NCBI GenBank assembly: GCA_032718475.1
Contig: JAUCBJ010008050.1
Span: forward strand, 100,045 to 164,044
Direction of reading: 5' to 3'
Length of the DNA: 64,000 nt
From: Nemertoderma westbladi
Lineage: Eukaryota > Animalia > Xenacoelomorpha
Made by a program: the position numbers and the translations under genes. Below the pieces are notes generated by a model, which was not told where the DNA came from, did not search any database, and worked only from the letters and a program-made list of their open reading frames with translations. Positions 23,001 through 32,800 of the stretch are shown in pieces (within the stretch, counting starts at the first letter, position 1; the number at the start of each line of letters is the position of its first letter).

Positions 23001-25232
23001 GGAGAGGTAAAATTACAGCTCCTAAAGCAGTCCAGAGAGAAGACACCGGAAAATAAGGTAAGTGAGAAACCCGTTTCTAGGAGAAAGGTAACACCAGTGT
23101 GTTATACAGACGACGGCGAAAGCCAGGCCTCTCAAGAGGAGAACAACGGGAAAGACACCGAAAGATCTTACTATGTCAACAAAGCGCCTAAGGACGTAAG
23201 TAAATTTAAGTCTCGAACTAGTGACAGGAGAGAACAGGTAACAAAAACTCCTCCTACGTCTCCCAAGAGAATTCAGGTGAGAAAGCCCGAAGAAAAAACA
23301 AGTGTGCACAATGTTACGCAAAATAAGGTAAGTAACATCAAACCGAAATGTGCGCTATGTGATGGGACCCATCGCTTGAATATGTGTGATGAATTCCTAA
23401 AGAAATCATTAACTGAGAGACGTGAAGTCATGTGGGATAAGCGGTTGTGTTATAATTGCCTCAGACAAGGACACCAATGGCGAACCTGTTACTCTAACAC
23501 AAGATGTGCCAAGTGCGGTGCGAAACATCATATCTTGTTGCACACTGAATTCGAGCGAAATAGTGCGAGTCAGGTAAGTGATTCCGAATTACATGTCCAA
23601 TTCAGTGATGTGAACGACACTGATCAATCTGAGATGGAAGGATTCTATACGGACGAGTTCTCCGACGAAAACGAATCCTGTTACACGATAAATACCACAG
23701 TGTATCGAGCACTCACGTATGAAAAGGATATGGACAGCGACCTCACCCTAACTACTTCTGATCAACAACCATTTTGGAAAGCGCCAACTTCCAATGTAGG
23801 GATTAGAGAATTTCCTGTGGTACAGGTAAGGGTCCACGGACCAAAAAGGAGTTATGTAGTGAACGCCCTCCTTGACTCCGGTAGTACAGGAACATTCATC
23901 GACAAAGAGCTAGCCGAAGACATATTCGCTGGACAACCCAAGTTCCGAACTAAGCTAAACATGTCAGGAATTATGCAGGTTTGGAAATCTACAGTAACAG
24001 CGGATTATTATGTAGGTGCGTTGTCCACCCCCCAGGACGAACTAGGAGAACATAGCATAAGATCAGTGAAAATGGTGGCTATAAAGAACTTCGCTACTAC
24101 TCAAGCAGACCTTTATAATTGGGACGAGGATGAGAGCATCCAACATCTTAAGATACCTCGATTCCAGACTGATTATCCTGGAGTGCAAATACTCATCGGC
24201 CAAAACGCGCATGAGGCGCTCGAGACATTGGAGAAACGGCCTGCTCAACCGCAGCCACTACAAACCTATGCGGTAAGAACTAGAGTAGGTTGGTACTTTA
24301 CTGGCCCTTCCCGTAGAACTCTCATGGAAAGATTACCGAAAGATCAGGTATATCAAGTGCGAGAATGGGAAGTTGAGAACAGTGAGTTTGACGATCCAGC
24401 TGAGGGAACTCCATACTCCTCAGACAACGACGATATACATCAACTCTTCGATGAGGAGAATGCCATCGATCTCCTTGAGGAAAGCGAGACTTGGCAAAAT
24501 CAAGTGAACTTATGTCAACTCCTTCTCCCATCCGAGCGAGACGACTATAACGACGAGCTTAATGACGTCATTGAACGTTATAATGCCAAGACTCGGGATG
24601 AACACGCCGTAAGATTCTTTACTCAAGAGGTTGTAGAGCCCAACTCCTACGATAAGGCCCTATCGGTGGAGGAAGAAAGAGCCAAGCAGATCCAAGCGAC
24701 AACTACTCGTTTTCTTAAAGATCAAGGTAGATATGAGATCGGACTTCCTTTCCGAAAGCGAGAACCAAAGTTCATTAACAACAGACCTTTGGCAGAGAAA
24801 AGAATTGCTCAACTACATCGACGTCTTACGGCAAATTCTTCAGCTAAAGAAATGTATCAAACGCAGTTGAAGAAGTTTATTAGCAAGGGATATGCGGAGC
24901 TAGTACCGGAAGAAACACCTATAACTGAGAGAACGTATTATTTAACTCACCATTACGTTCCCAAACCCGGTAAACCCCATGAAGTACGAGTGGTGTTTGA
25001 CGGTTCCGCCCTTTATATGGGCCAATCTCTTAATTCTGAATTGTTACCCGGACCCAACTTACTCCAATCCTTGTTGGGAATACTATTAAGATTAAGACAA
25101 TACTCCATTGCTTTCGCCTCAGATATAGAAGGCATGTTCTTACAAGTCAAAGCGCTGGGTAGGGATCGAGATAGCCTACGATTTTTGTGGTGGCCTGAAG
25201 GAGACCTCAATAAGAAACCTGTGGAGTACTGA
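20073..25232 (+). CDS. gag-pol: BEL/Pao Gag-protease-RT N-terminal polyprotein, ending at a premature TGA
   Basis: ATG at 20073 (conserved in copy 2), long coiled-coil N-terminus, DUF1759-like capsid (FNGD..KW..F...LSNGEKL.FL), three zinc knuckles (CALCDGTH..C, CYNCLRQGH..C, CAKCGAKHHILLH), protease ALLDSGS, RT start (RVVFDGS, LNSELLPGP, DIEGMFLQV). Confidence 0.92.
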   Translation: MSDTKQNLSDSLLDVTICDSDKGVEPSTPKFSSPPTVRKVIPPVVITEPRLVQHRRSIIGTRAQVKRDQDAAEQQQPASQELISQRPDSSSSEDTVELTPERGARMTDAVYSDPLLILPAAVLTRLLIAVEEHQIDWARSKRSTKDSYEGYTREELKSMVESQWNFPGPGLPFDLSEAAWEDIHRMGVAKETIDPAVWKRSAAGYAQGFFSSMERVKEQLFQQPQGPQEQGQLLYQVRERILRIRLILSAFEEASKRRQDTSLQVAVKTWFQRVSLQVQGTAQWKAQLEERSTHGESTDATFSQVESEATAENPHKRDAIDIYLSDYQRFLGDEELRRRLDGLNPNSEGAQRVLDAIDVDRLAANQAKFDEQLRIARDQEEKVKKKRIEDRKKAAVAAAEAERKAAEEESKAAEMERKAAAAAAEAEAKRKAAAAEAEAKRKAAEMERKAAMAAAEAERIAAEEIAQLELENIQENQDCINKQLTASNMQMMNRSTPKRQGYTSSEEGDTTDPEGGGNRSRSSRRRRTPHRQKLPNLPPAVRRQLASTDLGSTEPTDQIIRVERLPTIVDEPEIIRPVLEATPSVIETPVLPEPNSKFPLHSTKLPVSSRTVPQSTPVLDAERDINNLSPVVPRLPATMLAAPASAVEWVDERPRGMDILLGQMEENQARSSQQVRELEGTVQQLRGTVRESRLELQEVQQSIALERDKLVNLQKGIPPPSVTMCQPVRSEVFHAQGVEPTRIYTASEVETPIVNPIKGNYKPVDNDIPYRPDHNPRNLYTDNSILNNTMAQESFTRQMARTEARQAVKVREIVKFNGDEMKWLPFNEYYKDNIQNSVLSNGEKLRFLIECLEGSPKLMALKFIGHPDGLRQVWDSLNIRYGNRNNIAKYLYAKLVAPRKFLSTGIIEFSDEIQEICRQLDWLGKSHEYQSSMVIGAVASTLPKGGVGTHWDKRVLYMMEQQRRYPTMADLLSFLDGEVKLQLLKQSREKTPENKVSEKPVSRRKVTPVCYTDDGESQASQEENNGKDTERSYYVNKAPKDVSKFKSRTSDRREQVTKTPPTSPKRIQVRKPEEKTSVHNVTQNKVSNIKPKCALCDGTHRLNMCDEFLKKSLTERREVMWDKRLCYNCLRQGHQWRTCYSNTRCAKCGAKHHILLHTEFERNSASQVSDSELHVQFSDVNDTDQSEMEGFYTDEFSDENESCYTINTTVYRALTYEKDMDSDLTLTTSDQQPFWKAPTSNVGIREFPVVQVRVHGPKRSYVVNALLDSGSTGTFIDKELAEDIFAGQPKFRTKLNMSGIMQVWKSTVTADYYVGALSTPQDELGEHSIRSVKMVAIKNFATTQADLYNWDEDESIQHLKIPRFQTDYPGVQILIGQNAHEALETLEKRPAQPQPLQTYAVRTRVGWYFTGPSRRTLMERLPKDQVYQVREWEVENSEFDDPAEGTPYSSDNDDIHQLFDEENAIDLLEESETWQNQVNLCQLLLPSERDDYNDELNDVIERYNAKTRDEHAVRFFTQEVVEPNSYDKALSVEEERAKQIQATTTRFLKDQGRYEIGLPFRKREPKFINNRPLAEKRIAQLHRRLTANSSAKEMYQTQLKKFISKGYAELVPEETPITERTYYLTHHYVPKPGKPHEVRVVFDGSALYMGQSLNSELLPGPNLLQSLLGILLRLRQYSIAFASDIEGMFLQVKALGRDRDSLRFLWWPEGDLNKKPVEY

Positions 25233-26675
25233 ATGACCATCCAAGCCTTTGGGATAATCTCGAGCCCTTCAAACGCCTGTTCCGTGGTGCGCACTACTGC
25301 GGATGACAACCGAGACGCCTTCTCTAAAGAGGTGATCGAGGAGGTCGCTAAAGGAACGGTAGAATGCTTAAAGAAAGGTGGATTTCGACTAACTAAATTC
25401 ACTAGCAACTCCCGTGAGTTTCTGGAGTCGATCCCGGTAGAAGATCGAGGAACAAAAGACCTAGATCTAATAAAGGATGATCTCCCAGAAACTAAGACCC
25501 TTGGTTTGAAATGGGACACAGAAAGAGATATCCTGTTTTTCCAATTAAAACAGCGAGATAATCCAGTTCGGACTAAACGGATTTGTTTAAGTATCCTGAG
25601 CACTTATTTCGATCCATTGGGATTTATTAGCCCAGTTATATTGATTGCTCGGAGTTTAGTACAACAAATGTGGCTTGAAAACCACTCATGGGACGATCCA
25701 CTTAAGGGAGAATTATTATTAAAGAAGTGGATGAAATGGGAAGATTCTCTACCAGCCATCGAAAACTTTATAATTTCCCATTCATATTTTGGTCATGTTC
25801 TCCCTACATATTCATATCAACTCCATGTGTTTGGAGACGCCAGCGATATGGGAATAGGTATAGTAGCCTACCTAAGGGTGGAAACTCCGGACGGAATCAA
25901 AGTCGCCTTGGTTACCTCTAAGGCATTGATAAACAACAAGTTGAAAGTTCCTCGAGCGGAGTTAAAAGCGGCTCTATACGCTACAGCCATCGGCCGGAAT
26001 GTAACAGAACAGATCGACTATCCCCTGGAGAAAACTGTCTATTGGACCGACGCTTTACTCGTGTTGGAGTATATAACCAATGAAGTCTGTCAGTTCAGCG
26101 TCTTCGTTACCAACAGAGTAGCTATTATACTCAGTCGCACGACGATGGATCAATGGAGACATTGCCCCGGAACGATTAATCCAGCGGACATCGCTTCCAG
26201 GGGAGCAACTCCACAAGAACTGGTAGATACTCCAGACTGGTTAGGTGGACCCGACTTCCTCTACAAAGAAGAAGAAGAATGGCCTCCTCATCTTACTACA
26301 GCAGAGATTAGACAGGCCAAGGGAGCGGAGAAAGTCAAACCTAAAACTCAGGCGAGTAAATCGAAGTTATTCAAACCCACAGTAGATCTGTCTGTACTAC
26401 ATACTTCCGGAGACGACGCTTTGGATCAGAAACCCACAGCTACAAATAAACCCGTTGTGGAAATCCGTGATAAGGATTGGAAATCTGGCATACCAGACAT
26501 CTCGCAAGGACTCTCACCTCTTCTGCAGAGAGCGATGCATCACTACAGTTCCTGGAATCGGCTTTGTAAGGCCGTGACATATTTAAAGAGATGTTTTCAC
26601 CATCACTACTCTGGGTTGAAAACAAAGGGTGATACCGCTCGCTCCAATCACATCAGTGCAGGTCCATGTTATTAA
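25233..26675 (+). pseudogene. pol: BEL/Pao pol segment: RT C-terminus lacking YVDD, plus RNase H-like (Peptidase_A17) domain
   Basis: In frame with the upstream ORF across TGA (EY*M, probably CGA>TGA). AFG..SSP is followed by GGFRLTKF with no YVDD; FDPLG, LHVFGDAS, PRAEL, YWTD and NPADIASRG are present. Confidence 0.88.
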
Positions 26676-28185
26676 AGACCCTCCCAGATATAAGATACCC
26701 GACAGGTTTCTGAAGGAGAAGATCAGTTATCAGGAGCATGAAGAAACCAACAAACAGATGCTGAGACTCTTACAATGCGATGAGGATTCCGATAAGTATT
26801 TCCTGTTGTTGAGAAATCCACAGATGCGCTTAAGGGATCGCTTCTCTAGCACAATGATAGATGGGTTGATACGTGTTGGAGGAAGATTAACGAATGCCCC
26901 ATTATCCTTTGATACTAAGTTCCCCATACTCATTAGAAATCTTGAAATACAAGTCAAGATGATTGTAGATGTTCACAGCAAACTTTATCATGCTGGTAGA
27001 GAACGAGTTCTTAGCGAAATTCGAACTCGCTATTATTTTTATAAACCCCGTAGAGCTCTGAACCAAGTTCTTAGGAACTGTATACCCTGTAGGAAAGCAT
27101 TCAGTAGGCCTTTAACACAGAGAGAGGCAGAATTACCTAGGGAACGAGTAAGCTTTTATGAACCACCCTTTACTAATACCGGTGTGGATTTATTTGGCCC
27201 TATCGAAGTATATCGTGCTAGGACTATAGTCAAGAGATGGTGTGTAATCTTTGTTTGTATGACTTGTAGAGCCATCCATCTCGATATGGTGAACGATTTA
27301 TCTACCAACAGCTTTTTATTAAGCTTGCGACGACAGATCGCTCGCTTTGGCACTAGTAACACGATGAGATCTGATAAGGGAACAAATTTCATTGGTGCCA
27401 ACAATGAAATCAAAGCTTACGTCAAAGATTGGAACCAAAGACAGGTGGACGACCAACTACGAGTAACAGCGTCTAGTTGGACCTTCAACGCCGCCGACGC
27501 CCCTTGGTGGGGAGGAAGTTGGGAGAGATTAATAAGAAGTGTGAAGACAGCATTTCATTTTATAGTGCCTTGCCGCGCTTATCTCACCGACGAACTTTTG
27601 CGGACGTTAATGGAAGAAATTGCCGCCTATCTCAACGAGAGACCGCTTATGCCAGTCTCATCGAGTCCCGATTCCCTGGAGGCGCTAACACCCGCGCACT
27701 TCCTACTGAAGAAACCTGTAGCCATGCTCCCACAATCGGAAATCACAGACGGAGACGAATACTGCCGACAAACTTGGCAACTCATGCAGTTGTTATCCCG
27801 TCGTTTCGCTGACCATTTCGAAAAACATTATCTGCCCACGCTACAACTTCGAACTAAGTGGTTTGCGCAGCAAGAAAACGTCAGTGCTGGAGACATGGTT
27901 CTTATTGTGGATGTGGATCTTCCACGTAAGCGGTGGCAGACAGGTCGTATAATCGAGACGCACATCTCGGATGACGGTTTGGTGCGATCGGTAGAACTCG
28001 TCGTCATGCGACGTAACTTTAAGAAACCGGGAATTGTCTTTGAGACGCAGCAGCTCAATCGCCCAGTTGGTCGCTTATGTTTACTGGAAAGAGACAGAGA
28101 ACTCTCCGGAAACTATGGGAGACAAGATACTCTTCCCACGACCACCTCCCTAATCCAACAAACATCTAGGGACTCCCCAACTTAA
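26629..28185 (+). CDS. pol: BEL/Pao integrase, frameshifted relative to upstream pol
   Basis: IRVGGRL, HHCC zinc motif (H...HAG...CIPC), DDE core GVDLFGP / SDKGTNF / GGSWERLI, LNERPL, LTPAHFL, terminal RPVGRL. Confidence 0.9.
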   Translation: MIPLAPITSVQVHVIKDPPRYKIPDRFLKEKISYQEHEETNKQMLRLLQCDEDSDKYFLLLRNPQMRLRDRFSSTMIDGLIRVGGRLTNAPLSFDTKFPILIRNLEIQVKMIVDVHSKLYHAGRERVLSEIRTRYYFYKPRRALNQVLRNCIPCRKAFSRPLTQREAELPRERVSFYEPPFTNTGVDLFGPIEVYRARTIVKRWCVIFVCMTCRAIHLDMVNDLSTNSFLLSLRRQIARFGTSNTMRSDKGTNFIGANNEIKAYVKDWNQRQVDDQLRVTASSWTFNAADAPWWGGSWERLIRSVKTAFHFIVPCRAYLTDELLRTLMEEIAAYLNERPLMPVSSSPDSLEALTPAHFLLKKPVAMLPQSEITDGDEYCRQTWQLMQLLSRRFADHFEKHYLPTLQLRTKWFAQQENVSAGDMVLIVDVDLPRKRWQTGRIIETHISDDGLVRSVELVVMRRNFKKPGIVFETQQLNRPVGRLCLLERDRELSGNYGRQDTLPTTTSLIQQTSRDSPT

Positions 28186-28736
28186 AAACGGCTGGAGTGG
28201 GTGTGTGACCATATTATTTTATATTTGTATTTGTTTTATTTTTATATTTATGTATGTGTTATTATGTAATTTTATTTTAATCGTTTTATTTAATTTTATT
28301 TAGTAACATGTTATTTTAGCGAGCATTTAGTAGATTAGTGCAATATATTCGCATTTATTACGTAATTACTTATATTATATATTTAGTGCGACGGCGAGAA
28401 ATAATTCTTTTTCTCCTTCCTTACTGCCCGTATTACATTATAAATACGTGACTACAGTAAGATGAAATGTCCGTACTTATTAAAGTACAATAAAGCCACT
28501 ACTATATTCAAATATTATTGGTAGGCAGAGTATTAGGAATGCAAAGTTCAGATCCTCGTGTCTCGGCTAAACCAAGCTCTGGGTAGACCTTGGAAACGAC
28601 TTGCCTCTTCACACTGACATTGCTTCGTGCGATATTGCTCTCATACCGTATATTAAATAATACATATAGTAGCGTGATGTCCCTTTAACAGTAGCGTATA
28701 ACGCAAAATAAATCTGTTAAACCCTTTGACCATCTG

Positions 28737-29065
28737 TAATTCTAGTCGATTAAGATATCGCGGCACCCACCGATATACTTGAAAGACAAAATTCTAGAAT
28801 TAGTGGTTAACGTCCCCAGACAAGTTCTGGAATAAACTGGTGCCCATCCTAAATATTAATTATTAATATTTACAAAATTCTGTCAAATATCAGATCCTTT
28901 AAAATTCTAGTCGATTAAGATATCGTAGCACTTACCGATACTCTTAAAAGGACAAAATTCCTAGAATCAAGGATCCCAGTCCCCAGACACGTTCTGGAAT
29001 AAAATTGTGTCTATTTAACGTTAAATAATAAAATTTACGGGAATAAGTTTAAATTCAGATATTTC
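28737..29065 (+). repeat. Two tandem ~165-bp units in the pol-ORF2 spacer
   Basis: aattctagtcgattaagatatcg...gtccccagaca.gttctggaataaa at ~28738 and ~28903; also duplicated in copy 2 (~42580-42910). Confidence 0.85.
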
Positions 29066-29321
29066 AACGAATTTAATAAATTGTCATTTTATACAATTTA
29101 TAACATTCCCAAAATTCCATTAATTAATAGATCATGGGAGCGGAGATTCACTCTATTAAGTGTATTTGTGTGCGAGAATCTCCAATGTATAGTCAATAGC
29201 CGATAAAATTCATGGAATCATGTATAAAGGGGATATTGACCATTAAAGAATTACTATTAAATAGCATCCCAGATCTGTATGCATGAGAGTTACCCTAATT
29301 CTACCGCTAGCTTTCCATAAT

Positions 29322-29335
29322 GTCACCATGGCAAC
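29322..29335 (+). promoter_or_regulatory. RFX X-box in a putative internal promoter of the extra ORF
   Basis: GTCACCATGGCAAC ~490 bp upstream of the ORF2 ATG; identical in copy 2 (42317-42330). Confidence 0.6.
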
Positions 29336-29825
29336 AACCACGCTAGAATTAGAAGTGAGTTAAAAGAACAATAGAAGGTATGCCCCATTGAATAGCATAG
29401 GGAATAAATAGCGCACTGCTAGTATCCAAGGTTACATAATAAATACAGTGACATTCTGGAAGGTACTGACTAACGGACAAATGGCCCGAATGTGTGCAGT
29501 TTGTTGCAGTTGTGTTGAATTTGTGCGTTTGTAGGTGAATGTTACTACTAAGGTGTGTTTACAGTAGCGAGTCGCAATTGTGAAAGTAACCCTAACTCTC
29601 CAAGAAGAACCTGCAGTACATCTAAGCCTTTGGGACGGACAGTGAAGTGACTTGTGCCGGTTATCGTTGTCGTTGTGTAGCTACATCGTTGGCGAAAGCA
29701 CAGCGACGACGGTACATCGGCGCTGAGGATCTTACACTGTCCGGGGGCAAAAGAGGGGTAGGCAGCGACGCCCGCTAGCCTAATATATATAAACTCATTA
29801 TAATATTGATAAACTCATAGCAGAT

Positions 29826-32800
29826 ATGACTGAATTGATAGAAGATGATCTTGGTATCAGGGAGCGATATACTCTACCTTTACAAGCGTTTGTCGATAGC
29901 CTGATACGCGGCGACGCTGGTCCAACTACTACGGAGGATGATGGTCGTTATATCGAACCGCCAATGTCCCCGGAGCAACTTACGCGTGAATTGGATTATA
30001 GAAAGTTCACCGCTCGCTATACGCATCGTAATGGTACGTATATGGACTTCTTAACTACCGGTCATCCTATCGATTTACACGACACGGACGATGTGGATAC
30101 CGAAAGGGAAATGGTTTTATTTAAATATCATACCCAGCGGAATCGGAACGATAAGCCAAGAATAGAACACGAGAACTCTATTCGAAACAGACTCGAAAGA
30201 GAAGACGTTGAAGAGCCGGATAAACGCAACGACTTCAACGATTATCTGGAATTCTTGAGAGAAACATACCTCAATATTGCCAGTCAACAAAATCTCGAAA
30301 CTCGATATCCTCAAGGTATACATCATGATCCTATGATAGAACTCAAACGACTCTATTTCACTATGATGTATCTTACCGCCGATCGACCGCTACCTGTTGT
30401 CCCAGATAGCTTCGAACAGATGGAGGAATATTGTAAAACTGGAGAACGATCACCCGCGTTTCCTCTGCAGGACGTGCGTCTTTGGTATTACTGCGACGAA
30501 TGCCCTAGACCCAATCAGCAAACGGAAAGACATAAACATCCGCGGAGACGTTGCGCTAAACACAGTTTTACACGATATACTTATGGGAGTTTCGAGCGAA
30601 ACCTTTTCGACGTGTCCCCTGCGGTCGCTCGACTCAAGCGATCCTTGAACAAACCGATGATCAGAGTTCCGGAATACTCGGTCAGACCTCCGCATTCCTT
30701 AGTCAGACCTCAAACTCTTGACCCTAATAGTATCACGGATCCTCCCGAACTGTACTCACTGTTCAAAGATCTAGTGTTACCCGAACAGTTGATCGGTGGC
30801 ACTCCAATAGTAGGCTCACGGGACATTCGCCAACCCTACCTAGCTGGATTGGGACGTGGTCATCTAATATCGCCGTTTAACCCATACAACCGTCCCGGCT
30901 TCACCTCTATCCAACCCGTTACGGAAGTCGAAGAGAGCGTCGTACGAAACGCATTAGATGCTATTCGGCAGAAAATCGGAAAGGGAACGTACGATTGTTT
31001 GGAGAAGCGTAAATTGCAGCAACAAGTCCAAGCGGTGAAGGAATTAGCTTTACCCCAGTTCGATAGAGAAATACAAAATCTCGAGGAGGACATCGAACGT
31101 GGACGAACCTACTCTTTACAAGAGTTTCTAGATGAGCGTCTACAACAACAAGCGGAGGAGAATCAGCTCGAGGAGAGACATATAGAACTGGATGAGAGAG
31201 AAGAAGCGGTTTTAGCTCAACCCGAAGCGCAAATCCTTATGACGGATCTCTACTCTAAAACCATTCTTCATCCCTCGATGGTTCCCCATTTCGGAGACAA
31301 GCTTTTTGCGACGGCACAACCCCAACCGGTTGATATCAACCTAAGATCTCGAGATCTTATCGCCGACGCTCCTCTGTTGCAGCGTCCGCCCATCGAATCC
31401 GCTCGTGTCGATGGTATACTCGTTGAACCTCCGGACAATAGAGCAGATCTTGTCCGTCGCATGGTACACGATGTAAACATACGCGCTAGACCTTTACCGG
31501 ACTCGTTTTACGGGATCAAAGATCACCCTTATTACGTCAATCTAAAACAATATTACATGGTAAAACCGGAAGATCCTACACATAGTCTGAAGTTTCTACC
31601 GCTAATAAATCCTCTCGATCTTGTCGAACTCGAACAACTGCAGAAACATCTGGATCAGTTAGTTAAAGTAAACTCATTTCGAAAACCATATAATGTTTCC
31701 AGAATAGAGAAAGAAACAATACCTCCGTATAATCTTGATGGATTCATCAAAACTCGTTTAGTGCACTGGAATCTTGATGTGTTATTCGAGGAGGAAAGAA
31801 TACAACGATATGGAGATGAGGAAACACATACCACACAATATTTAAAGTATAAAGACCTGCCTAATGCTAGCGAATGCGCTACCTTGTGGCATCCTGTAGG
31901 AATGACACTAGAAAACGCCACAAAGGAGTGGAACGAAACTCTTAACGTTATCGAGATGTATGGAGTTGTCACTTACGATAACGAAGGTAGCGTTCCGGTT
32001 GGAGAACTTGGAACTACGCGGATGATACACATACGAGGACTCGCTGGTTCTACCCACGTATTTACTCGAGCGTGTTCCGACGTGATTGATTATTCTTTTG
32101 AAACTCTTACTGAGACACAAAAGAAACTCCGACATGGACAATTTGAACTCGCGCAGCGTTACGTCACCGACACCGAGCGCAAACCGGCCATGGGTATCGA
32201 TGGATCGATGTTACCCCAACCCGTGCTCGAGATGTTGTTTAACGAAAGAATCCTTAAAATCGGCTCAGCTGTTTATGGAGACCTACAGAACGACTTTCGG
32301 AATATGGAGAACATTCCATACCCCTTCGTTGATACTCAGCTGATTGCTCCTTGGGCAGAAGGCCGAGGTTTCTTCCGCACTATGTATGCCAATACACCCA
32401 GCGGAATTACTAAAGTACAACGAACCTCCATCGGACATCTTGCCTTTCAAGCATACGGATGGAATTTCAAGGTTGGAAATCCTATAAATTACCAACAAGT
32501 ATACGGAGATCATTATTCTCGTTTATACTTTGATGGACCATTGACCGCACCTGGCGCCGTGTATAGCTTTATGAGTGTTCCACTTCGTCCCTCCTTAGCT
32601 ATATACACGATCTTTGAAAACGCAGCACTTGCCGGTTGGCTAGCCGATGTGTGCAGTCGTACCATACGCGCCCATCCCTTAATACTCGGAACCAAACTCG
32701 CCAAGTTAGATGAACACAATAAATTCATCCGCTTTGAATGTTTCAGGCGCTTTCTGACTCCGTTCCGTAACGTTGATAGTCAGTTCAAGGACCGCGCTCT

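Noticed and set aside
25225-25240. Programmed stop-codon readthrough between gag and pol
   Set aside because: The TGA falls inside RT at a normally Arg position (EYRM); BEL elements use one ORF; a CpG transition is simpler.
28186-28210. Relic PPT plus LTR start right after pol (ggagtggg-tgt)
   Set aside because: Suggestive of an ancestral 3' end, but downstream sequence shows no LTR similarity and the TGT is not kept in copy 2.
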